Below the pieces are notes generated by a model. That model was not told where the DNA came from and ran no database searches. It saw only the letters and a program-made list of their open reading frames with translations. From positions 7,232,001 through 7,296,000 of the forward strand of contig CAVTTN010000002.1 of assembly GCA_963737655.1 (NCBI GenBank): 64,000 nt of DNA. Direction: 5' to 3'. The position numbers were made by a program, and so were the translations under genes. Positions 8,346 to 18,900 of this stretch are shown here, piece after piece. This stretch comes from an uncultured Planctomycetota bacterium. Its GTDB lineage: Bacteria > Planctomycetota > Planctomycetia > Isosphaerales > Isosphaeraceae. Each line of letters starts with the position of its first letter. The stretch's first letter is position 1.

Positions 8346-11308
8346 TCTACAAACACGAATTCATTCGCATTGAACAGCACGCGGCACGCCGCCGCCAGCC
8401 CGCGACGCCTCGCGAACTCCGCCAGTGCGGAGCGTTCGGCCACGGTCGGCGGCCTCCCGAACGCCAGGAGGAACGCCGCTTCGACCCGCTTCGCCGGGTC
8501 GGGCGAGGCGGCCTCCAGCCGTCGGGCGAAGGCCTCGGATTGGCGGATCATGAACGGATCATTCGAGAGCGTGAGCGCCTGAAGCGCCGTGATCGTGGCG
8601 TTGCGGACCGGCGTCATGGCGTTCGGGTCGGCGCCGTCGAGGCATTCGACGAACGGGTTCGGCACGCTGCGGACGGCGAAGCGGTAGACGGCCCTCCGGC
8701 GGCATTCCGGGGCGTTGATCCGCTCGGGGTCCTCGTGGTCGTAGATCGGCGAGTGATCATCCTTGAACCGGAACGGCTCCCAGCCGGGGCCACCCATGGC
8801 CGGGTCCAGCTCGCCCGAGGCGGCCAGGACGGCGTCGCGGATGGCCTCGGCCTCCAGCCGGCGGCGATCCTGCCTGCAGAGCCATCGGTTGTCGCCGTCG
8901 ATCGCCGCCTTCGCCCCGTCGTGGGCCGAGGATTGCCGATACGCCGCGCTCGTGACGATCGTCCGATGCAGGGCCTTCAGCGAGCCGCCGCCGTCCCGGA
9001 ATTCGAGGGCGAGCCAGTCGAGCAATTCGGGGTGGGAGGGCGCCGAGCCGTTCCGGCCGAAGTCGTTGGGCGTGTCCACGATCCCCCGGCCGAAGTGGTA
9101 ATGCCAGACTCGGTTGACGATGGAACGCCATGTCAACATGTTGTCGCGATCGGCCAACCACGAGGCCAGGGCCGCGCGTCGCGGCCCCTCATCGTTCGCG
9201 CCGACCGCGGAAAAATCGCTCTCGAAGCCCGGGACGCACGAGAGGGCGCCGGGGCCGACCGGCTCGGCGGGCTGCTCCACGTCGCCCCGCTTCAGGAGCC
9301 GGATCGGTCGCGGAGCACGGGGGATGGGGCCGTAGAAGAAGCCCGTCGAAGGCACCTGATCGAGCGCCCGGGAGGCTTCGGAGACGGCGAGGGAGGTCCG
9401 GTCGATCTCGGCGTGGAGTTCGGGGGAGATCATGGAGGAGGCCGTTTCGGCTCGCTTCCGAACCGCGTCGCCAAGCCGGGCGAGCAGGGCGCACCGCAGG
9501 TTCTCGGCCGAGTCGTCGGCCTCGGGCCGTCGGCCCCGGCTGGTGAAGCCGTCCACGAGGAACCGGGTGCTCCAGCGGCCCGCCTCGATCGAGTCGAGCG
9601 CCGAGACCGGGCGGTCCCTGGCGACGTTCCGGCCTCCGGAGATCACTTCCAGTTCCGAGAGCGCGAACACATAATCGCCGGTTCGTTTCCAGAGGCGAGA
9701 ACCCGTGATTCGGACGAACCTCGCGGGCTTGCCTCCGGGTCGGATCACCACGGGTTCATCGGGCTGCGATTCGGCCTCCGGTCGGTCGATCGCGAGCCGG
9801 ACTTCGGGCCGGGCAAACGTCGGATCGTCGCTCGCCTCGACCCGGAATTGCGAGGGGAAGCCGAACCCGGGAGAGTCGGCGAAATCGGTGGGCCGGGCGG
9901 GAATCAGGCGAATCTCGTCGATCGGCGCCGATTGCCCCAGATCGACCTGGACCCACGCGATCGCCTCGCTTTTCGGGTGGATGGACGAGTGGTAGCCGTT
10001 CGACGGGCTGGTGCCTCCGAGGTTGCTGGGCGGCCCCGCGAGTTCCTTCCGAATCGCCGCGATCTCCTCGTCGATCGGCCGGAGGGCCGGGCCCGCCAGC
10101 TTGCGAGCCGTGGTGTCGAGGGCGTCCTTCCTGGCCTTCGCCTCGCGGAGGGCCTCGGCCAGCGCCGATCGGCGGGCGGAGGCGTCGCGGTCCTCGACGG
10201 CCCGGTCGCCCCGGTCGATCCCCGAGAACACGGCCTGGAGGCGGTAGTAATCTCTCTGGGGGATCGGGTCGAACTTGTGGTCGTGGCAGCGGGCGCAGTG
10301 GACCGTCAGGCTGGAGAAGGTGGACATGACGTTGGCGAGCATGTCGTCGCGATCGATCAGGCGGGTCTTTTCCTTGTCGACGGTCCCCTCGCGGAGCTCG
10401 GCGTGGCCGACGAAGTCCCACGGCCCGGCGGCGAGGAAGCCGGTGGCCACCAGGGCGTCGGGGTCGCCCGGGAACAGGACATCGCCGGCCACTTGCTCTT
10501 TCACGAATCGGGCATACGGCTTGTCGTCATTCCAGGACTTGATGACGTAGTCGCGATAGCGCCAGGCGTTGGGCCGCTTCTTGTCCTTGTCGTAGCCGTG
10601 GGTGTCGCCGTAGTGGGCCACGTCGAGCCAGTGGCGGGCCCATCGCTCGCCGTATCGGGGGGAGGCGAGCAGGCGATCGACGAGCCGCTCGTAGGCATCG
10701 GGCTTCCCATCGGCGAGAAATGTGTCGATTTCCTCGGGAGACGGGGGCAGGCCGGTCAGGTCGAACGCGAGGCGTCGGATCAGGGTCCGGCGGTCGGCCT
10801 CGGGGCTGGGCGAGAGGCCGTTCGCCTCCATCTTGGCGAGGAGGAAGGCGTCGATCGGGCTGCGGACCCATCCGGGCGCGTTCACCTTCGGCGGATCGGC
10901 ATGCCGGAGGGGCTGGATCGCCCACCACGGGCCGGATTTCGCCTTCGCGTCCTTCAGGACGAGCCCTTCGGGCCAATTCGCGCCCGACTCGATCCAGGAT
11001 CGCAGCGCCGCCACCTCGTCCTTCGAGAGCGGCTTGCCCCCCCTGGGCATCTCGGGCGACGGGCCGGAGACTTTTCCCAGGAGGAGGCTCTCGTCGGGCT
11101 TCCTCGGCTCGACGGCGGCCCCGGAATCGCCTCCGAGCGTCGCGGCTTCCCGAGTCGAGAGCGACAATCCGCCCTTTTTCACCGCCTCGGAGTGGCAGCG
11201 GACGCACTTCGCTTCCAGGATCGGCGCGACCGTTTCCCGGAACGAGCGATCGGCGGGATCGTCGGTCGGCAGGGCGGCGAGCAGGGCGAAGAGGGCGGGT
11301 CGGAGCAT
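8342..11308 (-). CDS. Planctomycete cytochrome c / DUF1549 / DUF1553 protein with a discoidin-like insert
   Basis: CVRCH and CARCHDHKFDPI haem motifs, YGERWARHWLD, NRVWHYHFGRGIV, PSHPELLDWLA; WVQVDLG discoidin motif. Confidence 0.93.
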   Translation of the reverse strand: MLRPALFALLAALPTDDPADRSFRETVAPILEAKCVRCHSEAVKKGGLSLSTREAATLGGDSGAAVEPRKPDESLLLGKVSGPSPEMPRGGKPLSKDEVAALRSWIESGANWPEGLVLKDAKAKSGPWWAIQPLRHADPPKVNAPGWVRSPIDAFLLAKMEANGLSPSPEADRRTLIRRLAFDLTGLPPSPEEIDTFLADGKPDAYERLVDRLLASPRYGERWARHWLDVAHYGDTHGYDKDKKRPNAWRYRDYVIKSWNDDKPYARFVKEQVAGDVLFPGDPDALVATGFLAAGPWDFVGHAELREGTVDKEKTRLIDRDDMLANVMSTFSSLTVHCARCHDHKFDPIPQRDYYRLQAVFSGIDRGDRAVEDRDASARRSALAEALREAKARKDALDTTARKLAGPALRPIDEEIAAIRKELAGPPSNLGGTSPSNGYHSSIHPKSEAIAWVQVDLGQSAPIDEIRLIPARPTDFADSPGFGFPSQFRVEASDDPTFARPEVRLAIDRPEAESQPDEPVVIRPGGKPARFVRITGSRLWKRTGDYVFALSELEVISGGRNVARDRPVSALDSIEAGRWSTRFLVDGFTSRGRRPEADDSAENLRCALLARLGDAVRKRAETASSMISPELHAEIDRTSLAVSEASRALDQVPSTGFFYGPIPRAPRPIRLLKRGDVEQPAEPVGPGALSCVPGFESDFSAVGANDEGPRRAALASWLADRDNMLTWRSIVNRVWHYHFGRGIVDTPNDFGRNGSAPSHPELLDWLALEFRDGGGSLKALHRTIVTSAAYRQSSAHDGAKAAIDGDNRWLCRQDRRRLEAEAIRDAVLAASGELDPAMGGPGWEPFRFKDDHSPIYDHEDPERINAPECRRRAVYRFAVRSVPNPFVECLDGADPNAMTPVRNATITALQALTLSNDPFMIRQSEAFARRLEAASPDPAKRVEAAFLLAFGRPPTVAERSALAEFARRRGLAAACRVLFNANEFVFVD

Positions 11309-11368
11309 GGGTCATCGCCCTTGAAGAGTGAGCGAGGGGGCGAGTCAGTCGTCGAACTCACGGTGCCC

Positions 11369-11748
11369 TCAAGGATGACCGGGATGGCTCGGATCGGCAA
11401 GGCGTTGTTGCGGAGGCGTGACCAGGGCATCGCAGGCCGTGGCTCTTCCCATCTCGGAGAGGACGTTCAGGATGCCTGGGTTGGAGCCGGCGTAGCGGAG
11501 CGCTCCGCAGCACGAGACGCCAATAGCCGCCAGGGCCTCGACGTGCTCGTCGAAGGTCTTCGGTTGGCGGAAGAAGAAGCAGGCGGGATACAGATCATCG
11601 TCCCGGTCATGGGCCATCAGCGAGGGGGCTTCTGCCGCGGGGCCCCGCAGGTGATGCACTCGTCTTGCACGACGTAGAACGGCCCCGGGGCGTTCTTCGG
11701 GTGGCGCGGGAAGTGCGGGGCATCCACGCGGATCTCCTTCGCGAGCAT
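11369..11748 (-). CDS. Single-cluster ferredoxin-like protein (frameshift near 11640; missed as one ORF by the track)
   Basis: Manual translation from ATG 11748: MLAKEIRVDAPHFPRHPKNAPGPFYVVQDECITCGAP/AAEAPSLM...CFFFRQPKT...SCCGALRY. Confidence 0.75.
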
Positions 11749-12183
11749 TCAATACATCTCGAACATTTGTTCCCCGCCGTGCTCGGGGTTGCCGATCAGG
11801 CGTTGGCCCTTCAAATCGACGACGAAATCGAGCATCTCCAGGGGGACCTGTCCGATCAGGGGAGGGCATTCGTCCGCGACCTCGGCGACCTCGATGATGC
11901 AATCGCGGTCCTGGACCGTCAGTCGGACGGCCTCGTAGATCCCGAATTCGAAGACCCCCGCTGGCGTCTTGGCCCGCTTGACTCTCGTCCTCTGGAGGCC
12001 CAGCCGGGAGATCAGGGACTTGGGGAGGGAAAGCATTGTTGCGCCCGTGTCCACCAAGGCGTTATCGATCTCGACACGCTTCACCGATTCCAGGCCGAGG
12101 ACCCCTCGTCTGGCGGCGAACAGGTCTTCCAGGTTCTCCACCTTCGCCGAAACGACGACCCGCCCCATCGTGACCAGCTCCAT
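11749..12183 (-). CDS. Clan AA (retropepsin-like) aspartic protease
   Basis: ALVDTGATMLSLP catalytic motif and LIGQVPLE. Confidence 0.9.
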   Translation of the reverse strand: MELVTMGRVVVSAKVENLEDLFAARRGVLGLESVKRVEIDNALVDTGATMLSLPKSLISRLGLQRTRVKRAKTPAGVFEFGIYEAVRLTVQDRDCIIEVAEVADECPPLIGQVPLEMLDFVVDLKGQRLIGNPEHGGEQMFEMY

Positions 12184-12244
12184 CGCCCCCTCCGATCGGA
12201 TCGCTCGAATGGATCACCCTCCATCGTACCCGAGATCGGGACAT

Positions 12245-12294
12245 GAAAACACCGAGAGGGCGGGCGCCTTCGTGGGGCGCCCGCCCTCTCGGTG
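12245..12294 (-). terminator. Intrinsic terminator downstream of the GlsB/YeaQ gene
   Basis: 19-bp perfect stem CACCGAGAGGGCGGGCGCC/GGCGCCCGCCCTCTCGGTG followed by TTTTC on the minus strand. Confidence 0.7.
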
Positions 12295-12326
12295 AAGTGG
12301 AATGGGATCCTCGGTGGAGGACCGGC

Positions 12327-12614
12327 TTACATGGTCGTCTGGCGAGGGGAGACCGCGCGGACGATCCCGATCAGGATGCACGCGCCGAGGAAGGCGACGA
12401 AGGTGCTGCCCCAGAAGCCGTAGACGCCCCAGTCGAAGAACGAGACGACGAACCCGCCGACCGCGGCGCCGACCAGGCCCACGATGATGTCGCCGATGAT
12501 CCCGAAGCCGCCGCCCTTCATGACCATCCCGGCCAGGGCCCCGGCGATCAGGCCGACGACCAGCCACGCGATGAAGTTCCCGGGATCCAAGTGAAGTTGT
12601 GCATACAGGGCCAT
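12327..12614 (-). CDS. GlsB/YeaQ/YmgE transglycosylase-associated membrane protein
   Basis: IAWLVVGLIAGALA...GIIGDIIVGLVGAAVGG...AFLGACIL. Confidence 0.93.
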   Translation of the reverse strand: MALYAQLHLDPGNFIAWLVVGLIAGALAGMVMKGGGFGIIGDIIVGLVGAAVGGFVVSFFDWGVYGFWGSTFVAFLGACILIGIVRAVSPRQTTM

Positions 12615-12763
12615 CTGTCCGCCCTCCCAATCACAAGAAGATCTGGATTGGCCGCCCCCGAACGATCAGGGGGCGTTCTGGAGGGAACATTGATGCAATG
12701 GACGTGCCAAGCCCGCGCGTTCGGCCTCGCGGTCGTCTCGGGCCCCTCGCCAGGGCCGATGTT

Positions 12764-13702
12764 TCAGCGGCGCTCGCCGGTGTCGAGCAGGACGCCCAGG
12801 GCGATGGCCATCCGGCGGTCGATCTCGTGGTCGTCGTCGTGGGTGAGGTCCAGGATGTAGCGATCGAAGAGGGTCCAGCGGCGGATGAACTCGCCGATCT
12901 TGACGTCGGTGCCGGGCCTCAAAATCACGAAATTGGTCCGGGAGAAGATCAGGGCGCCCAGCTCGCCGAAGTAGCGGCGGAACAGGGCCAGGAGCAGCGA
13001 ATCCTCGCGGGCGAGGACCAGCGGGGTGCCGTCGGGCGCCTGGGCCGTCCATTTCTTGCGGAGGACGTCGTAGAGGTAGTTCTTCTCGAACCGGCCGAGG
13101 ACGCCTTCTTCCGGGTCGATCACGGTATAGGTGGCGGTGATGAAGGCGACCTTCTTGTCTTGCTGGACCTCCAGCAGGAGCTCTTCCTCGCTTTCATCGG
13201 TATAGAAATAAATATGACGCTTGGCGGAAAGCCGGATGCCGACGACGAAGGCCACGAAGATCGCGCCGACGATGGCCAGGACGTAAGTGACGCCCGCCAG
13301 GACCTTGTTGCCGGTCTGGGTGTCGAAGAAGACGCCAAGGAGGCAGCCGGCGCTGGCGAGGACGACCCCTGCGAAGATCGCCCCGAGGAGCGCCCCGAGG
13401 TTGCGGAGGAAGTGGGCCGGGCGGACGATGTACATGATCGGCCGCCCTTCCTCGTCGTAGACGTGGTAGCGCTCGGAAATCGCGATCCGTTTCTGGTTGA
13501 CGAGGAACTTGTCACGGTCGAACGCGGGGTGGTAGCCGCGGTCGGGGTACCGGGTCTCGGGGAAGTCGTCGAGCGGGGGGCCGTCGAGTTCCGGGGCGAT
13601 CAGGATCATCCCGCAGTGCTTGCACTTCAGCTTCTTGCCGGCGAGCTCGTCGCGAAGCCGGTATTCGGACTGGCAGCCGTCGCAAACGACCTGGATCGGC
13701 AT
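12764..13702 (-). CDS. Zn-ribbon + 2 TM + LURP-one/scramblase-like protein
   Basis: MPIQVVCDGCQ...LKCKHCG zinc ribbon; C-terminal DRYILDL...IDRRMAIALGVLLD tubby-like motif. Confidence 0.75.
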   Translation of the reverse strand: MPIQVVCDGCQSEYRLRDELAGKKLKCKHCGMILIAPELDGPPLDDFPETRYPDRGYHPAFDRDKFLVNQKRIAISERYHVYDEEGRPIMYIVRPAHFLRNLGALLGAIFAGVVLASAGCLLGVFFDTQTGNKVLAGVTYVLAIVGAIFVAFVVGIRLSAKRHIYFYTDESEEELLLEVQQDKKVAFITATYTVIDPEEGVLGRFEKNYLYDVLRKKWTAQAPDGTPLVLAREDSLLLALFRRYFGELGALIFSRTNFVILRPGTDVKIGEFIRRWTLFDRYILDLTHDDDHEIDRRMAIALGVLLDTGERR

Positions 13703-13848
13703 CGCTGGGGCCCGTCGCAAAGGGGAGGAGGAGGCCCGCCCGTCGGCGCGCCTCGAATGGCACGATCGTACCGATTTCGAGGGGAGGGGCAAGACTCGGG
13801 CGGCGGCACGGGCCGCGATCCCCGCCCCTCCCGACGCGGCTCGACGGG

Positions 13849-14921
13849 TCATCGCGAGCGGGAGGGCGTGACTTTCCTCCCGGCGAGGATCAGGGTGATC
13901 GGCTCCGCCGCCAGGCCGGCCCCCACGACGGCGGCGTCGATCGCCAGGAGGACGCCCGCTTGCCTCGCCAGCCCGGGGAACGCCACGGTGAGGAACAGGT
14001 GGGCCGACACCCCGAGCAAGAACGCCAGCAAGGCGTAGCCGAGGAACGAATCCGTCAGGCGGAACGGGCGGAACGGGCGGTCGGTCGGGTCGAGCTCCAG
14101 GGAGAACCGGCCCAGCGCGACCCGCAGCCTCAAATAGATCGCCATCTGCAGGGCGCACGTGATCAAGATCATGAACGTGTAGATCGTCGGGCCGAACCGG
14201 AGGATGTCGTCCCTGGCGAGGTCGATGGCGGCGCCGTCCTTCACCTGGCCGAGCCCGGAGAGGATCTCCAGGACCGAGAAGAGCATCAGGCCGACGAAAC
14301 CGAGCGATGCCAGCATGTCTTGATTGACGCCCTCGAGGCTCTCGGCGGTGTGGGCCTCCCACTCGTTGCGATCGAACGGGGCGCAGGGTTCGGACTCGAC
14401 CTTCTTCAGGGCGAAGGCGGCGGCCCCGTGGTGGAAGCGGAAATACAGGGCCAGCCAGCCGATCGAGACCGCCCCGCCCAGCCCGAGGGCCGCCAGGGGA
14501 GGCAGCCCCACCGCCAGGCCGAGGATCGCCGCCGAATTCCCCGCGATCGCGTCGACCAGGAGGAACTGGAAGAATGACGCGCCAGGAAGTTGTGCCGGGA
14601 GGCCCGGATCGGCGAGCGTCGGGGCAATCCCAGCTCCTGCGCCTCCATCAGTCGCGCGTACAGGACGCCGTTGAGCACCATCCCGCCGTGGAGCCGGGCC
14701 ATCCGGAGCGACAGGACGAGGCTCGTGGCCATCAAGATCAAGGCATAAAATGCGAATAAGTGCTCCTGGATCGCCGACAGGGCCGGCGGCAGGTTGCCCT
14801 GAAGCGCGTTCTGCAGGAAGATCCCCAGCCCGGCGAACACCGAGCCCAGGAGGGTGAGCATCTCCCTCCGGCGGTGGACGAGGCTGTTGAACTCTCGGGA
14901 GACGGTGGTAAAGTCGATCAT
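13849..14921 (-). CDS. Multi-pass membrane hypothetical protein (frameshifted near 14580-14625)
   Basis: N-terminal part in the 14406..14984 frame and C-terminal part in the 13849..14511 frame, both with hydrophobic helices. Confidence 0.6.
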
Positions 14922-15073
14922 GGGGGACTCAACGGGTCCGTGGTCCGTTCGGGCGGCAACCGCGTCGTCCGGACGGCGGCTCACGAGGGATTCGCGTGGG
15001 GACCCCCGGGATTACGCCCGATTTCCCGTCGCAAAGCCAGGGCCTCGTCGGGGAATGGGACGACGGATCATTG

Positions 15074-16219
15074 ATGAGCATCATCGAAGCCAGAAACGTG
15101 GTCCTCGGCGCCGGGGCGATGGGCTCGGCCGCGGCGTATCGATTGGCGAGGCGAGGGGAGCCGGTCCTCCTGGTCGAGCAGTTCGCCGTGGGGCATGACC
15201 GCGGGAGCTCCCACGGGGCGGCGCGGATCACCCGCCATTCGTATGCGGACGTGAGGTATGCCCGGCTCATGCCCGAGGCATTTCGGGCGTGGAAGGAGCT
15301 GGAGGCCGACTCCGGCCTGGGCTTCTACGTGAGGACCGGCGGCCTGAGCGCCTGCCCGAACGGCGCGGATTACGTGGAGCAGGTCGCCGCGAGCCTCGCC
15401 GAGATCGGCTGCCCCCACCGGAGGATGACCGGCGCCGAGGTCCGCCGCGCGATGCCCGCCTTCGGGATCGCCGACGACGCCGACGCCGTGTTCGAGCCCG
15501 ATGCCGGGATGATCGCCGCGTCGAGGGCCGTGGAGGTCCAGGTCGAGCTGGCTCGCAGGCTCGGCGGTTCGAAGACGCGGGTGATCGAGAACGTGGGCGT
15601 CCGGGCGATCGACCTCGACGCCGACCGGCCGGCGCTCGTGACCGACTCCGGGACGATCGTCGCCGATCGGCTGATCGTCGCGGCGGGCGCCTGGACCGGC
15701 CGCCTGCTCCCGGGATTCGCCGAGAGGCTCCGTCCCGAGCGTCAGCAGGTCCTGTACGTCCGGCCCGACGACCCCGGGCCGTTCGCCGTCGGCCGGCTCC
15801 CCGTGTTCATCTTCAAGGGCGGCCCGGGGCAGAGGAGCTATTACGGGATGCCCGAGTTCCTCGCCCCCGGGATCAAGGTCGCGAGGGACGGGGGCGACGC
15901 CGTGGACCCGGACGCCGACGACCGGCGGGTCGGCCAGGCGTACATCGAGGAGGTCCGGGCCTTCCTCGCCGGGTTCCTGCCCGGCCTGGCCGCGGCACCC
16001 GTGGTCCGCACCGAGATCTGCAAATATACGATGGCGCCCGACGATGCGTTCGCGGTCGATTTCTTGCCCGGTCGTCGCGACGTGATCGTGGCCAGCCCGT
16101 GCAGCGGCCACGGGTTCAAGTTCTCGGCACTGATCGGGAAAGTGCTCGCCGACCTGGCCATCGACGGGAAAACCGACCTGGATTTGACCGCCTGGCGGAT
16201 CGCCGGGGGCGAGCCGTGA
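15074..16219 (+). CDS. solA: N-methyl-L-tryptophan oxidase / monomeric sarcosine oxidase family
   Basis: GAGAMG FAD motif, GSSHGAARITR, CKYTMAPD, CSGHGFKF. Confidence 0.9.
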   Translation: MSIIEARNVVLGAGAMGSAAAYRLARRGEPVLLVEQFAVGHDRGSSHGAARITRHSYADVRYARLMPEAFRAWKELEADSGLGFYVRTGGLSACPNGADYVEQVAASLAEIGCPHRRMTGAEVRRAMPAFGIADDADAVFEPDAGMIAASRAVEVQVELARRLGGSKTRVIENVGVRAIDLDADRPALVTDSGTIVADRLIVAAGAWTGRLLPGFAERLRPERQQVLYVRPDDPGPFAVGRLPVFIFKGGPGQRSYYGMPEFLAPGIKVARDGGDAVDPDADDRRVGQAYIEEVRAFLAGFLPGLAAAPVVRTEICKYTMAPDDAFAVDFLPGRRDVIVASPCSGHGFKFSALIGKVLADLAIDGKTDLDLTAWRIAGGEP

Positions 16220-16650
16220 ACGAGGCCCCCGACACGCGGTTCCGCGTCCGTCTCCGCGCGATGCTCGGCCTGGTGGCGCTCGCTGCGGTCGGATTCGCGA
16301 TCTATTTCGTGTACTGGCCCCGATATGAATACTGGCGGCAGAACCGGAAGGTGCTGCCCGCGATGGAGATCGCCGTCCCGATGAGGTTCCCGAACGGGAC
16401 GAGCCTGGGGAGCCTCCTCAAGCACATCAAGCGGACCGCCGTGACGGCCGACCTGCCGACGGGCCCGCCGATTTACATCGATCCTCAGGCGCTCGCCGAC
16501 ACGAGGACGACGATGCTCTCGACCGTCACCATCGACCGGGCGGGCGCCCCCCTGAAGACCACCCTGGCGGAGGCGTTGAAGCCGTTGGGCCTGGCCTACA
16601 AGCTCGAAAACGGCCTGATCACCATCACGCGGGCGCAGGCCGGCCCGTAG
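16216..16650 (+). CDS. Membrane-anchored hypothetical protein with STN-like domain
   Basis: GTG overlapping the solA stop; N-terminal TM; PLKTTLAEALKPLGLAYKLENGLITIT. Confidence 0.7.
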   Translation: MNEAPDTRFRVRLRAMLGLVALAAVGFAIYFVYWPRYEYWRQNRKVLPAMEIAVPMRFPNGTSLGSLLKHIKRTAVTADLPTGPPIYIDPQALADTRTTMLSTVTIDRAGAPLKTTLAEALKPLGLAYKLENGLITITRAQAGP

Positions 16651-16663
16651 ATGCCGGAGTTGT

Positions 16664-18088
16664 TCAGAACGTCCCGCCGTCGATCGGCCCGGCCATCGCG
16701 GCGAGGTTCTCGAACCTCATGATCCGGTTGAGGAACGTCAGGCTGACCGTCCCGGTCGCGCCGTTGCGGTTCTTGGCCACGATGCACTCGGCCATCCCGG
16801 GGCGGTCGCTCGGGTCGTAGTACTCGGGGCGGTGGAGCAGGAGGATCATGTCGGCGTCCTGCTCGATGGCGCCCGACTCGCGGAGGTCGGCCATCCGGGG
16901 TCGGCGGTCCTCGCGGTTCTCGACGCCTCGGTTGAGCTGCGACAGGGCGATCACCGGGACCTTGATCTCCCGGGCCAGCATCTTCAGGCGTCGGCTGATC
17001 TTGGCGATCTGCTCCTGGCGGCTGTCCCGGCCCTCGGGCGACTCGGTGTCGATCAACTGGATGTAATCGACGACGATCATGCCGATATTCTTCCTCTGCT
17101 TGAGCCTCCGCGCATTGCCGGCGATCTGGAGCATGTTCCTCGCCGGGGTGTCGTCGATGAACAGGGGGGCGCCCCGGAGGACCTCATACGCCTCGCCGAG
17201 CTGCCTCATCTCGCGATAGCCGAGCTTGTGCCCCTTGCGGAGGATGTCGCCGTCGACCCGCGACCGGGCGCTCAGGAGCCGCTCGGCCAGTTCGACCTGG
17301 CCCATTTCCAGGCTGACGAACAGGACGCCCGTTTGCATGTCCACGGCGGCATGTTCGCAGATGTTCAGCGCGAACGCGGTCTTGCCCATCGAGGGGCGGG
17401 CGGCCAGGATGATCAACTGGCCGGGCTGGAGGCCGGCGGTCATGTCGTCGAGCTCGAAGTAGCCGGTGCTCACGCCCCGGACGGCGTGCTTGTCGGTGGC
17501 CCGGAGCTCGATCCGGTTCATGGCCTCGGTCAGGATGTCGGTCAGGGCGACGGTCTCGCCGGTGACGTTTTCCTCGGCGATCGCGAAGATCCGCCGCTCG
17601 GCGTCTTCGAGGAGGCCGTTGGCCGTGAGCTCGTTGGCGTACCCCTCCTCGATGATCTCCCGGGCGCTGGCGATGATCTCGCGCTTGGTCGACTTCTCGC
17701 GGACGATCTGGGCGTGATACTTGGCGTTGGCCGCATGAGGGACGCGATTGACCAGCGCCTCGAGCGTCTCCGAGCCGCCGATGCGCTCGAATTCCCCCCG
17801 GCGGACGAGCTCCTCGTGGAGGAGGATCAGGTCGACCGGCTTGCCCGCGGAATACAGCTCGCGGATCGCGCCGAAGATCAGTTGGTGGTCGTCCCTCCAG
17901 AAGTCCTCGACCTTCAGGAGGGGGACGACGTCGTGCATGACCTCGTTGTCGATCAGGATGGCGCCCAGGACGCCCTGCTCGGCCTCGATGTTCTGGGGGG
18001 GGAGGCGGTCCTCCGGGAACGGGACGATCGTCGGCCGTTTCGGGCGGTCCGAACCTTTGCCTCCGGGATTGAAGGGCTGAGGGGGCAT
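16664..18088 (-). CDS. dnaB: Replicative DNA helicase
   Basis: PPQNIEAEQ, AARPSMGKT, VDYIQL, LSQLNR, DLRESGAIEQDAD, KNRNG. Confidence 0.98.
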   Translation of the reverse strand: MPPQPFNPGGKGSDRPKRPTIVPFPEDRLPPQNIEAEQGVLGAILIDNEVMHDVVPLLKVEDFWRDDHQLIFGAIRELYSAGKPVDLILLHEELVRRGEFERIGGSETLEALVNRVPHAANAKYHAQIVREKSTKREIIASAREIIEEGYANELTANGLLEDAERRIFAIAEENVTGETVALTDILTEAMNRIELRATDKHAVRGVSTGYFELDDMTAGLQPGQLIILAARPSMGKTAFALNICEHAAVDMQTGVLFVSLEMGQVELAERLLSARSRVDGDILRKGHKLGYREMRQLGEAYEVLRGAPLFIDDTPARNMLQIAGNARRLKQRKNIGMIVVDYIQLIDTESPEGRDSRQEQIAKISRRLKMLAREIKVPVIALSQLNRGVENREDRRPRMADLRESGAIEQDADMILLLHRPEYYDPSDRPGMAECIVAKNRNGATGTVSLTFLNRIMRFENLAAMAGPIDGGTF

Positions 18089-18252
18089 CGCCGAAGGGCC
18101 TCCGACCGTCCGTCGCCTCGGGACGGGTCCGGCTCGCGCGCACGGACGCGCCGCCGATCCTGCCGTACCTGTACAATGGTATCGGCTGACGGCGGCGAGT
18201 CACAAGAGGAAAAGCGGCGAGGCGGGACGGATTCGGGGGCGGTCCCGACGGT

Positions 18253-18900
18253 TCAGGCGGTCGGCTCGGGCGTATGGGTCGGGACGACCCAGAGCTTGAC
18301 CTCGGTGCTGACGTCCTGGCCGAGGTGGAGGGTGATGGTGTAGAGGCCCAGCTCCTTGAGCGGCCCCTCGATGCGGACCATCTCCTCGTCGATCGGCAGG
18401 TTGTCGGCGCGGAGGGCGGCGGCGATCTGATCGGCGTTGACCGAGCCGTAGAGGTGCCCCTCGGCGTTGGCGTTGGCCTCGATGGTGATGGACCTCTGGG
18501 CGATCTGGGCCCCGAGGTTCATCAGGTCGGCGCGCTTGGCCTCTTCGAGCTGGCGGAGGCGGGACCGATGCTTCTCGACGATCCGCAGGTTATGCGGGGT
18601 GGCGAAGGTGGCCAGGCCCTGGGGCAGCAGGTAGTTGCGAGCGAAGCCGGGGCGGACCTTCACGAGGTCGCCGGTCTGGCCGCAGTGGGGGACCGGGTGG
18701 GTCAGGATCACCTGCATGTGGCCGTCCTTGGCCCGAGTCGGGTGATTCTGCCGCCGCTCGACGCCCGGCTGGCGGACCGCCGCCACCACCGTCGAGGTCG
18801 GCCCGGCCTTCGCGGCCGCCTTGGCCTTGGCCCTCGCGCTGGTCTTGGCCTTGGGCTTCGCCTTGGCCGGCTTCTTGTCGGTCATCTTCGTGTGGGCCAT
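18253..18900 (-). CDS. rplI: 50S ribosomal protein bL9 with Lys/Ala-rich N-terminal extension
   Basis: GDLVKVRPGFARNYLLPQG, GHLYGSV, PLKELG. Confidence 0.95.
   Translation of the reverse strand: MAHTKMTDKKPAKAKPKAKTSARAKAKAAAKAGPTSTVVAAVRQPGVERRQNHPTRAKDGHMQVILTHPVPHCGQTGDLVKVRPGFARNYLLPQGLATFATPHNLRIVEKHRSRLRQLEEAKRADLMNLGAQIAQRSITIEANANAEGHLYGSVNADQIAAALRADNLPIDEEMVRIEGPLKELGLYTITLHLGQDVSTEVKLWVVPTHTPEPTA

Noticed and set aside
8324..11677. Long antisense ORFs (also 2729..5125, 30636..33539, 60177..63134)
   Set aside because: Shadow or alternate-frame ORFs of recognisable genes in high-GC DNA, with no motifs of their own.
16664..18088. Intein in DnaB
   Set aside because: Normal length (474 aa) and contiguous motifs.
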